NCBI GenBank assembly: GCA_048884785.1
Contig: JBHLQM010000012.1
Location: forward strand, 1 to 28,757
DNA: 28,757 nt
Origin: Candidatus Thorarchaeota archaeon
Lineage (GTDB): Archaea > Asgardarchaeota > Thorarchaeia > Thorarchaeales > Thorarchaeaceae
Direction of reading: 5' to 3'
Below, one piece after another: positions 7,691-16,669 of the stretch (the stretch's first letter is position 1; the number at the start of each line of letters is the position of its first letter). A program made the position numbers and the translations under genes. The notes below the pieces were generated by a model. The model saw only the letters and a list, made by a program, of their open reading frames with translations, was not told where the DNA came from and did not search any database.

Positions 7691-9097
7691 ATGGTTAACA
7701 ATCTTAAGTTGATAGAATTGAGAAAGATTTTGATAACGATAGCCGCATTTGCAATTATATTCACTGCATCCTTTTTGCTCTCCAATCAATCGAATCATCA
7801 GTTCGCCCTTACAAGTACTGGCTCTCTGGAGGTAGTAGTGAAATTTGGTAATCTATCATTCAATAGACCAGTGGATCTACAGGATGCGAGAGATGGTTCG
7901 AGCAGACTCTTTGCTGTTGAACAAGAGGGAAGAATCTATGGCATAGACTATTCTTCAGCAAGCAATGACACGTCTCTCTTCCTGGATATTAGTGGGAAGG
8001 TGATAGGTCCTTCAGAAGGTGGGAGTGAAGAGGGACTTCTGGGGCTTGCGTTTCACCCAAATTACAGTGAGAACGGCTATTTCTATGTCGATTATACAAC
8101 AGACTCACCCCGGAGAACAGTGATCTCTAGATTCTCAGTTGATGAAAGTAATGCTAGTTTGGCAGACCCTTTGAGTGAAGTCGTCATATTGGAGGTAGAG
8201 CAACCATACGCCAATCACAATGGTGGCCAGATAGCATTTGGTCCGGATGGTCTTCTCTATGTGGCGATGGGAGATGGGGGCAGCAGTGGTGACCCACTTG
8301 GGCATGCACAGAATCTATCAACACTACTAGGGAGTATCCTTAGAATCGATGTAGACAGCACCGACCCAGGACTCAGTTACTCTATTCCATCAACCAATCC
8401 CTTCAAAGGGAACATTCTTGGATTTCGGGAGGAGATATACGCGTATGGACTGCGCAACCCGTGGCGATTCTCTTTTGACAGTGAAACTGGTGACTTATGG
8501 GTTGCTGATGTTGGCCAAAATGCCATTGAAGAGATTGATATTGTTGTACCAGCAGGGAACTATGGCTGGGCTATCAAAGAGGGAAGCTCGTGCTATAATC
8601 CTGCAATTGGGTGTAATAGTACAGGGTTGATTGACCCAATCCACGAATACGGTCACGGAGTTGGAAGGTCTATTACTGGCGGATATGTCTACCGAGGAGC
8701 GAAAATTCCGTCACTTATTGGAATGTACATCTACGCCGATTTTGTATCGGGGAGAATCTGGGCACTGAACTACACAGACGGAGAAGTAATTGAAAATCTA
8801 GAACTCTTTGATACAGATCTCCTGATATCGTCCTTCGGTGTGGATGCCGCCAACGAGCTTTACATTCTATCATTTGATGGAAGAATCTATGCAATCAACG
8901 AGCATATTGAAACAGGTACAACATCTACGACATCACAGACTGATACAACATCTGTCACGTCCACAACTCCAACATCGAATGTCAATAGTGAAATTCCTAC
9001 TACTCAGGATGTTTCTCTCATTTTGGTTGCTTCAACAGTTTCACCAGTTATTATAGCAATTCTTGTCATTGGCTGGTATCTGAGAAAACGTGGATAG
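7691..9097 (+). CDS. PQQ-dependent glucose/sorbosone dehydrogenase family (GSDH), surface-anchored
   Basis: 'EEGLLGLAFHPNY', 'NHNGGQIAFGPDGLLYVAMGDGG', 'YGLRNPWRFSFD', 'GNYGW'; Thr linker, TM, RKRG tail. Confidence 0.9.
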   Translation: MVNNLKLIELRKILITIAAFAIIFTASFLLSNQSNHQFALTSTGSLEVVVKFGNLSFNRPVDLQDARDGSSRLFAVEQEGRIYGIDYSSASNDTSLFLDISGKVIGPSEGGSEEGLLGLAFHPNYSENGYFYVDYTTDSPRRTVISRFSVDESNASLADPLSEVVILEVEQPYANHNGGQIAFGPDGLLYVAMGDGGSSGDPLGHAQNLSTLLGSILRIDVDSTDPGLSYSIPSTNPFKGNILGFREEIYAYGLRNPWRFSFDSETGDLWVADVGQNAIEEIDIVVPAGNYGWAIKEGSSCYNPAIGCNSTGLIDPIHEYGHGVGRSITGGYVYRGAKIPSLIGMYIYADFVSGRIWALNYTDGEVIENLELFDTDLLISSFGVDAANELYILSFDGRIYAINEHIETGTTSTTSQTDTTSVTSTTPTSNVNSEIPTTQDVSLILVASTVSPVIIAILVIGWYLRKRG

Positions 9098-9138
9098 AAA
9101 GCACATGAAGAATGAGCTAGTATGGCTAGTGTTTGAGT

Positions 9139-12138
9139 CTAGAATTCAAGTTCTTCCATTAAATCAACACGGGGTAGACTAGAACTACCAGTTGCATTGG
9201 CAGCTTCGTTCAACATAGCTTCAGCTTCAGGGATTCTTCCAGCCATTCTCAAAAGCACTGCAAGATTTCCATAAAGCCTAGAGAGATACTGCTTGTAGAT
9301 CATATGTGCATTTGGCAGAATTGCTTTCATAATGGATATAGCTTCTTGCAGCGCGGCTTCAGCTCGAGATAATTTCTCAGTATTCACCAAAAGCAATGCA
9401 TAGCTATTCAGGGTTGCGACAAGATAGCGAGCGAAAATCTCAGGTTGCTCTTCATGACTCTTCCGTAAGAGGGAGAGCGCATCTTGGATTGATATCTCGG
9501 CGTCATTGAATCTGCTGGATTCTCTTAGAAGCATTGAAAGATTCCTGAGAGTTCCTGAACATTCACGTATTCGAAATGGGGCAGGGTGCTTCTCAATAGC
9601 ATCTCTAAATATAGCAAGTGCTTCACTGAACACCTTTTCCGCCTCGGATACTCTTCCCTCATTCCTCAAAAGAATTCCCAATTGCTCTAGACTAAATGCA
9701 AGCTGATCAATATATAGTTCAGGAGATTTCGCGGCGACCTCTCTATATTTTCCTATTGCTTCAACTAGTCTACTCTCAGCCTCACGAACTCTCCCCGTTT
9801 TCCGATATAGAACACCCAAGCCCGTCAGACTTCCAGCGATAGCATTTTGATAGACATCCGGAGCATCGGCTGCTAGTTGGGAAAAGATGGCATATGCCTC
9901 ATTGAATACTGATTCCGCTACGTCCATCTTCTGAATATCGAAGAGCAGCCATCCATAATTTAGCAGCGCTACACCGAGGTGACTCCTAAATGAATGAGGT
10001 GCTCTCTTTGCACCAGCCCTTCTAAGGTTCACCACCTCTTTGAATGCATCTTCGGCTTCAGAGAACCTGCCTGTTTGATGATAAAGCAGTGCCAAGTTGT
10101 TCGTAACAGCTGCAACATAATTCTCGAATCTTTCAGGTTCCTTTGTGGCTAGTTTTCGAAAGAGAATAAGCGATTGCTGATATGCCTCCTCTGATTCGGC
10201 TGCTGGACATAGGGCCCCATATATTGCTCCCTTGATTAGTTGACTTCTTGCGATTTCGTGAGTATGGACGTCTGGTTCTTCTTTCGAAATCTCTTGGAAT
10301 ATGCTAAGAGCCTCGTCGATAACAGGCTCTCCTTCTCTTGATCTGGACATCTTGTGTAATAACCAGGAATACTCTCTAAGGGTTATGGCTAAATTAAGTC
10401 TAAAAGATGCAGACTGTGATTTCGCGATATCCCTCCATATCTCAATTGCCTCTCTGTAGATCTTGTCCGCATCCTGCGGTCTACTAGAATTCGTATACAG
10501 ATCTGCCAGTGTGACAAGTGTCTCTGCAAGTTCATCACGAAACTCCTTGGGCCTATCATTTGCAAGCTTTCGGAAAATCTTGAGCGCGTCTGAGATCACT
10601 TGCTCGGCTTCCACAATCCTCCGGAGGGCTGTAAGGGATTTTCCTTTTAGCAGGAACAGGTATGCTTGCCCTTCCTCAGTACTCAGCTTCAACGGATTGA
10701 GAACTGTTAACACTTCAGTATGGCTCCACTTCTCCGACAGATCTTTCGAGATCTCTTGTGCTTTCAGTATTGTTTCGCTCTCTGAAGCCAGTGCTCGTAC
10801 GGATAGAGAAAGACTCAGCAATTCAATATCTGGAGTTGTGTCCGTGGACTCCTCAAGGAGATCAGCTACTTCTGTAGCGAGTAGGGGTAGTCTGTCACTC
10901 AGCTCTGCCAATACCAGATCTCTTGCCAATTCATGCAGCGTCCAATTCTCTTGAGGAATTTGTTTTACGAAACTCAGTTTCTGGATACGGTCCCATTGTT
11001 CCGACTTCATCTCAGGTGCTATGATTGAGAGTATGTTTCTATTGAAGTAGGGAACAAGTCCAGCACGATCAATGATATAGAGTAGTCCATCTGCTTCCTT
11101 GAATAGTCGCCTCCATGTTTTCAGACGAACCTCATCTATTGTGTCTGAGCGCAATTCTTCTGCATCTTCAGCTGTGGCACAGCAGACCTGAGCCAAATCA
11201 AAGATTGAATTCACGACATACGGATTGCCTTTGCTAATATTTGCGATCTTTGATTGGAGGTTTTCCTCCGTTATACCCTTTCTATTTAATAGAACTCTGC
11301 TGCTTTGCTCATCCAGTCCAGATAGCTCTTTTTGTTCAAATATCGTATCTATGAAAATCTGCTTAGGAGGTGGACCTCTGCTAGCTACAATGGCAATGGA
11401 TTTTGAGAGAGATGCGAGAAAGACATACCAGAGCTCAGCCTCATTAACATTAGTTCCCCGATACCTCCAATGTGCAGTTGTTGCATCGACATCATCAAAA
11501 TGGTCAAGCATTATAATGAAGGGGGTTGCATCCTTTCTACTATTGATATCCTCCAGTAGGGCATCGAGATATAGAAACTCAGCATGACGAGGATCTTTCC
11601 ACAGTATCTCTAGCAGCTTTTCCATGTAGTTCTTCCCAAGTCGGGTCTGCAACCATTCACCAATTTCTCCGAATCTTCCGGTTAGCTTCGGACTCAATTT
11701 AGTTCCTATTGCTGATATGGCAACTCCTATACTCGCAAGCGAACCAATGAAGGGCACATTCTGAAGCAATGACATGGCGCCCTCCTTTGCCCATTCCCTT
11801 CCTGATTCTTTCGCCGGCTCCACTCCGAGTATAAACCTTTGACGAATATGCCAAAGAATGTCATACCGACTGAGTCTAATCCCTAGACCCACAGAGGCTT
11901 TTGCCAGAGCATCCAACCGATCAAAGAAGTTGGTGATTCTACCGCAATCCAAGAGTATGGACCCATCATATACATCATGCCAGTGTTCTAACAAAGAACT
12001 TTTCCCAATGCCACCAATTCCGCGAATACTGAGAACTATACTCCTATCCATGCACCTCTTAATTGCTTCTTCCATCCATTCAAGATGTTCCACCCTGTCA
12101 ACAAAAATTCGCTCAGAGGGCTCATAGTGTTCGTACAA
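9139..12138 (-). CDS. STAND/AAA-type P-loop NTPase with C-terminal TPR array
   Basis: 'FVDR' pre-motif, Walker A GIGGIGKS, Walker B IIMLDHFD, 'GNP' (GxP), 'LHELAR' (MHD-like), roughly ten 47-aa TPR repeats; GGAG at 12150-12147 favours TTG 12138 over 12246. Confidence 0.85.
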   Translation of the reverse strand: MYEHYEPSERIFVDRVEHLEWMEEAIKRCMDRSIVLSIRGIGGIGKSSLLEHWHDVYDGSILLDCGRITNFFDRLDALAKASVGLGIRLSRYDILWHIRQRFILGVEPAKESGREWAKEGAMSLLQNVPFIGSLASIGVAISAIGTKLSPKLTGRFGEIGEWLQTRLGKNYMEKLLEILWKDPRHAEFLYLDALLEDINSRKDATPFIIMLDHFDDVDATTAHWRYRGTNVNEAELWYVFLASLSKSIAIVASRGPPPKQIFIDTIFEQKELSGLDEQSSRVLLNRKGITEENLQSKIANISKGNPYVVNSIFDLAQVCCATAEDAEELRSDTIDEVRLKTWRRLFKEADGLLYIIDRAGLVPYFNRNILSIIAPEMKSEQWDRIQKLSFVKQIPQENWTLHELARDLVLAELSDRLPLLATEVADLLEESTDTTPDIELLSLSLSVRALASESETILKAQEISKDLSEKWSHTEVLTVLNPLKLSTEEGQAYLFLLKGKSLTALRRIVEAEQVISDALKIFRKLANDRPKEFRDELAETLVTLADLYTNSSRPQDADKIYREAIEIWRDIAKSQSASFRLNLAITLREYSWLLHKMSRSREGEPVIDEALSIFQEISKEEPDVHTHEIARSQLIKGAIYGALCPAAESEEAYQQSLILFRKLATKEPERFENYVAAVTNNLALLYHQTGRFSEAEDAFKEVVNLRRAGAKRAPHSFRSHLGVALLNYGWLLFDIQKMDVAESVFNEAYAIFSQLAADAPDVYQNAIAGSLTGLGVLYRKTGRVREAESRLVEAIGKYREVAAKSPELYIDQLAFSLEQLGILLRNEGRVSEAEKVFSEALAIFRDAIEKHPAPFRIRECSGTLRNLSMLLRESSRFNDAEISIQDALSLLRKSHEEQPEIFARYLVATLNSYALLLVNTEKLSRAEAALQEAISIMKAILPNAHMIYKQYLSRLYGNLAVLLRMAGRIPEAEAMLNEAANATGSSSLPRVDLMEELEF

Positions 12139-12258
12139 AGATAGGACTCCGATATTAGAAGTAGAATACCCTTTGCAAGATACATAATAAGCGTCACGGT
12201 ATCCTGTACACAGTGCCTGATTTGGCAAATCCTTTGGGAGGACCAAATAGGATTACCT

Positions 12259-12402
12259 TTATTTGTCCTCTGTCAAGTGTTTGGGTTCTTGTCCTTCCTG
12301 ATAGATTGGATTGACCATACCTGAACCAATCCAGTCAAAGCACATACCGCCCATGGTAATTACAATCACAAATGCAATAATGAAGCCCACCAATTCTATC
12401 AT
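12259..12402 (-). CDS. Small single-TM protein (47 aa), not in the ORF track
   Basis: MIELVGFIIAFVIVITMGGMCFDWIGSGMVNPIYQEGQEPKHLTEDK*; GGGGA upstream of the ATG. Confidence 0.55.
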   Translation of the reverse strand: MIELVGFIIAFVIVITMGGMCFDWIGSGMVNPIYQEGQEPKHLTEDK

Positions 12403-12620
12403 TACAGATTCCCCAAGTTGGTTTTGTTCACAAGGCTATGGCAAACATCTGTTATAGATTATTTGGCAATCACTGGACCATGGGCGATGGCCTCCTCAGG
12501 CAAACTTTGGTTTCGAGCATTCACTCTTTTGCTGATTCCTCCCCGTTTCCCACACTCAATCATAGTCACAATCCCAAATAGCTTTATCTCAAGAAAAACA
12601 GGTGATGAAGAGCGAGTGAA

Positions 12621-13292
12621 ATGAGAAGAGCCGGCGCCTGTATATTATTTGTTCTTTTGCTAGTTATTGCGATGGTTATTGGTGCACTATATTTATTCTA
12701 TTCTCAACCAGAACTTGTCGATTATGATAGCACCGTGGTCTTGTATGAAGAAGACTATCCGACTACAGAGAATATCTCGATCTACTATGATGTCTGTTTC
12801 CATAATGTCACTTTCAATGTAGTTGATGACCCTGGTTTTATAATCAAAATCAATTGGAAACTAACTGTTCTGGTCGAAGGGGCAGTTGGATTGAATACCA
12901 ATCTCCAAGTTACGACGAGTTCTAATGATGAATACATGACAATTCAAATACTGAAAGAGAATCCCTCAGCAATCTGCGGGTTACGAGCAGGAGACGCAGA
13001 GGCAACAGTCAATGTCACCATCAATAGCGCGTACACAATTGATCTTGAAGCTTCAGCAGGAGATGGAAACATCAATCTAGTCGCCAGCAATGCAAGTTTT
13101 GATACCATTTATTTCCATCATGGCATAAACTGCATAGGCAATAACACCATCGACATAGCCAACTCAATTGTCTACGAGGATGTGATTTCCGAGGTTTCAA
13201 CAGGCAGGTATTGGGTAAGGCTAGATACCGTAATTGTCCGAGGCTCTGTTTCTTGTACGCCAGAAGGTAGCGGCACACTCATAATAATATGA
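12621..13292 (+). CDS. N-terminally anchored beta-rich surface protein (adhesin/DUF4097-like)
   Basis: MRR followed by a TM helix; beta-strand repeats such as 'IDLEASAGDGNINL'; several NxS/T sequons. Confidence 0.55.
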   Translation: MRRAGACILFVLLLVIAMVIGALYLFYSQPELVDYDSTVVLYEEDYPTTENISIYYDVCFHNVTFNVVDDPGFIIKINWKLTVLVEGAVGLNTNLQVTTSSNDEYMTIQILKENPSAICGLRAGDAEATVNVTINSAYTIDLEASAGDGNINLVASNASFDTIYFHHGINCIGNNTIDIANSIVYEDVISEVSTGRYWVRLDTVIVRGSVSCTPEGSGTLIII

Positions 13293-13478
13293 GGCGCATT
13301 CTATTGCGGGCATATCTCTGATTCCTGATTTACAATACAATATGTGATATCTTTTCTGTCAGAATAATCACATTTGGAAGCTCAATCTTGAAAGTCTGTG
13401 CGCGGACAGACATTGCGCCAAACATTTTCGTTTTAATATGTCGAGATACGCTCATACCTCAAGATTAGAGGCTTTACT

Positions 13479-14441
13479 ATGAATGAGATTCAGCCAAAAT
13501 ATCTAAAGATTCTACTGGCCTGTGTTGTAGTGTTTCTCATCACGGTGCCACTGGACACAAATGCAGCAGTATCTTCAACACAATCTACTACAGATCTAGA
13601 GGGATTCACAGTTGCGATCTGGAATGGAGCTGGCGTTCTAGATAACAGTGCGATAGCCCTAGAACATATGTTTGCCTGGATGAATGCCACTGTGATTGAA
13701 ACCAACGCTTCACACATCTTTGATGGAGGACTCGAAAGTGTTGATATCCTAGTTTTTCCGGGAGGAAACACAGGTTCCTACACTGCTTCGCTGGGTTCGT
13801 CAGGTATGAAAATCGTACGTAGCTGGGTGTCAAGAGGAGGATCCTACTTTGGCATTTGCGGCGGAAGTCTGTTTGGAACCAGACTTAGGCTCGAATTCTT
13901 CAATGGTTCATATGTTGGTCCTGTGGCTGGCTCAGGCACATATATGATGAATATGAATGTGAATCGTGAATCGACAGGACCTGACTTGTCTGATGAGCCA
14001 GAGTCCTATAACATCCTCTACTGGAACTCGGCCTATTTCAGTGCCAGTAACATGACTGGCATCATCCCAATAGTCACCTATCCCTCCAATGGAAGAGCCG
14101 CGATGATTGCTTTCCACTATGATTTCGGAACAGTGTTTCTCTCAAGTCCTCATCCTGAGTATGAGGAAAATGATGAACGCGACGGAACAGATGACTTTGA
14201 CAACCTTGAGGATGAGGATTCTGAATGGGGGCTTTTGCTGAAAGTAAGTAGGTGGCTTGTGGACGAGTCTCCTGTGTGTTGTCCAATTGACACAACCACT
14301 CAAACAGTCACAACCACATTGACAAACACAACTACCAATCAGACAGGCGCAGAGCTGCTCTCCGCACCAATGATCTTCTCTCTTGCAGGTGCTGTTGGAG
14401 TAGTCATGGTAGTTCTTGTTGTTGTAATTCGGCGCCGCTAA
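13479..14441 (+). CDS. Surface-anchored BPL_N / class I glutamine-amidotransferase-like protein
   Basis: 'ILVFPGG', 'GGSYFGICGG', 'SPHPEY'; signal peptide, Thr linker, TM, RRR tail. Confidence 0.8.
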   Translation: MNEIQPKYLKILLACVVVFLITVPLDTNAAVSSTQSTTDLEGFTVAIWNGAGVLDNSAIALEHMFAWMNATVIETNASHIFDGGLESVDILVFPGGNTGSYTASLGSSGMKIVRSWVSRGGSYFGICGGSLFGTRLRLEFFNGSYVGPVAGSGTYMMNMNVNRESTGPDLSDEPESYNILYWNSAYFSASNMTGIIPIVTYPSNGRAAMIAFHYDFGTVFLSSPHPEYEENDERDGTDDFDNLEDEDSEWGLLLKVSRWLVDESPVCCPIDTTTQTVTTTLTNTTTNQTGAELLSAPMIFSLAGAVGVVMVVLVVVIRRR

Positions 14442-14545
14442 CCTAATCGCATCTTTCCCTGAAGCGAATGTACTGCTCCAGGGAAAGATGTTTTAGGATA
14501 GCGCATAATTGTAGTATGGGACAATGCAAAATCAAGGGACAGAAT

Positions 14546-14968
14546 ATGGCAGAAGAGAAACTACATACTAGAACAGCTTTCATTGGCTGGATTGCTGTTG
14601 GTTGGTTGCTTTCATTGGTTGTTGCATTCCTCTGGATTCTATCTGATACGATTACAATCTTAGTGTTTATCCTCGGACTTGGATTGGGAATAGGTATTGC
14701 ATTTATCATCATGATAAATGAGGCACTAATTCTGACTACAATTCAGGCGATCCAGAAGGCTGGAGAAAGCGCAGTGGGCATCTTGAGCCTCCGGAAAAAC
14801 ATGAGGGTAATATTGACGGTTTGGATTCTAGGTCTCTTCACGCTAGTTGTGGTAATGACAGCATTTAACCAGCTTGAATTAGAGAAGTTCAGTGCAATCA
14901 TGGGAGTACTAGGAAGCTTTGTTGCATCTATAGTTGCTTACTATTTTGTGACGAGTAGAAGTGCATAA
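14546..14968 (+). CDS. Hypothetical 4-TM membrane protein
   Basis: Four hydrophobic segments; ATG 14546 chosen over 14468 because the N-terminal extension looks non-coding. Confidence 0.6.
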   Translation: MAEEKLHTRTAFIGWIAVGWLLSLVVAFLWILSDTITILVFILGLGLGIGIAFIIMINEALILTTIQAIQKAGESAVGILSLRKNMRVILTVWILGLFTLVVVMTAFNQLELEKFSAIMGVLGSFVASIVAYYFVTSRSA

Positions 14969-15197
14969 GCATGATTTAAGCTGGTCCATCTATTGGCAGA
15001 AAGAAGAGAATGAAAGTCTCTGCACAGGTAGACTGGGAGTAAACTGACTCCAAAAGCTCCTAGCAGTTCCATCAATGCTCATAATATGTCGTTTTTTGTC
15101 GAACTCCAGCTCCAACTGCGGTGAGCCACATTGAGCAAGGTTATAAGCATCAAAAACGCAGCTCCCAGCAGAGGCGTACTCTAAACCATGATGAGGC

Positions 15198-16490
15198 TTG
15201 ATGGCTTTGACCATTTCACCGGAAGTATTTCAATCAGAGGAGAAGATACTATCCAGTGGACCCTCTACAAGCCAAACATTCTTGGGCCTCGGTAGTATTT
15301 TATGGCGCATTGCTTTTGTCACCGGGATTGCCCAGCTATCAGTGAGCATTTGGATCTGGCAATTCGCAATCTCGCTAGAACCTATTTTGAATCCATTGCA
15401 AATTGGACTCACATTTACAATTGGAGCACTGGCATCCCTTGTAGGATACCCAATTGCTGGAGCCATGGCTGATGTACTTGGTAGAAAAAGAACTCTGCTT
15501 GCGTCTTTCATTCCTCAAATTGTAGGTCTTACTGCACTATACCTATTGCCAACTTGGCCACTTGTTCTCTTTTCATTTGGATTGCATTCATTCGGATGGA
15601 GTTTTGTGCTAGTCATATCCAAGGCAATGCCTGCTGACATAATTGCAGGTACTACAGGACCTGATGCTTCAAGAAAATTCGCAATGGTGCTTATGCCAGC
15701 CTTTTTAGTAGATGGCATAAGTCCTATTATTGCTGTGTTTTTGATCTCAATTGGCTTCAGCATGCATTCATTGCTACTTATCGGTATAGTTGCTGCTGGA
15801 GTTGCTCTGGCTGCAGCTGCCCGGTTTGTTGTGGAATCCATGAATCCTGAAACAAGAAAGAAAATACAGGATTCCACAAGGAGACCACTCAGAGATCTTG
15901 GAAGATCCTTCTGGATATTCACAGGTGGGATGGTAGGGTACTACATTGCATGGGGCATGTCCTTACCCTACATTGGAATCCTCATAATCAGTGAATGGAG
16001 CATTGGTTTGGACATCTATGGGCTATCATCTAGTATCTTTTCACTTGCAACTGTGACGCTAATGTATAGTCTCAGCGGTTTTTCAGGCAGAGATACCAAA
16101 TCAGGATTGACAATCAGCTTGTTTGCAAACGCGATAATTATGACGACTCTCGGTCTTGGATCAGGCACATTGCTGTTGATATTACTGAACTTGATTTGGG
16201 CTGCGCCAATAGTGGTTTGGATCACCGCCGAAACAGTTCTCACCATCAATGGCGTTCCTTCTGAAATGAAAGGTAGAGCGCTTGGAATATATCAATTCGC
16301 GACATCTGCTACTGGACTGATCGGAGCACCGTTAGGCGCGTTGGTTTGGATTATGGGCGGAAATCTAAGATTCCTTTGGATTGTATCAGGAGTCTTGGCG
16401 ATTGGCTTCGCAGTGATAGTCTGGATGGCGATGATTCGAGTAAAGATACATAAGGGAAAATCCAAAAAAAGAATTGATCTTGTTCCATAA
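15198..16490 (+). CDS. MFS transporter
   Basis: About 12 TM; motif A 'GAMADVLGRKR'; 'VPSEMKGRALG'. Confidence 0.9.
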   Translation: MMALTISPEVFQSEEKILSSGPSTSQTFLGLGSILWRIAFVTGIAQLSVSIWIWQFAISLEPILNPLQIGLTFTIGALASLVGYPIAGAMADVLGRKRTLLASFIPQIVGLTALYLLPTWPLVLFSFGLHSFGWSFVLVISKAMPADIIAGTTGPDASRKFAMVLMPAFLVDGISPIIAVFLISIGFSMHSLLLIGIVAAGVALAAAARFVVESMNPETRKKIQDSTRRPLRDLGRSFWIFTGGMVGYYIAWGMSLPYIGILIISEWSIGLDIYGLSSSIFSLATVTLMYSLSGFSGRDTKSGLTISLFANAIIMTTLGLGSGTLLLILLNLIWAAPIVVWITAETVLTINGVPSEMKGRALGIYQFATSATGLIGAPLGALVWIMGGNLRFLWIVSGVLAIGFAVIVWMAMIRVKIHKGKSKKRIDLVP

Positions 16491-16669
16491 GTATCAAGCG
16501 GCTTCCTAATTTGCTGATTTGCAATTCGCTGCTGTTGATATTCAAAATCGAACGCATTGATGTAGGAATTTCTTCGAAATATTAACGAACTGTTGTCATC
16601 TTATTTCTGGCGCGGAGCATTAGTCTTAAGTCAAGGAGTAGACGAGCGGCATACCAATACTACTAAGAA

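Noticed and set aside
14990-15214. 74-aa minus-strand ORF in the gap before the MFS gene
   Set aside because: It overlaps the MFS start and likely promoter and has no clear ribosome-binding site or motif.
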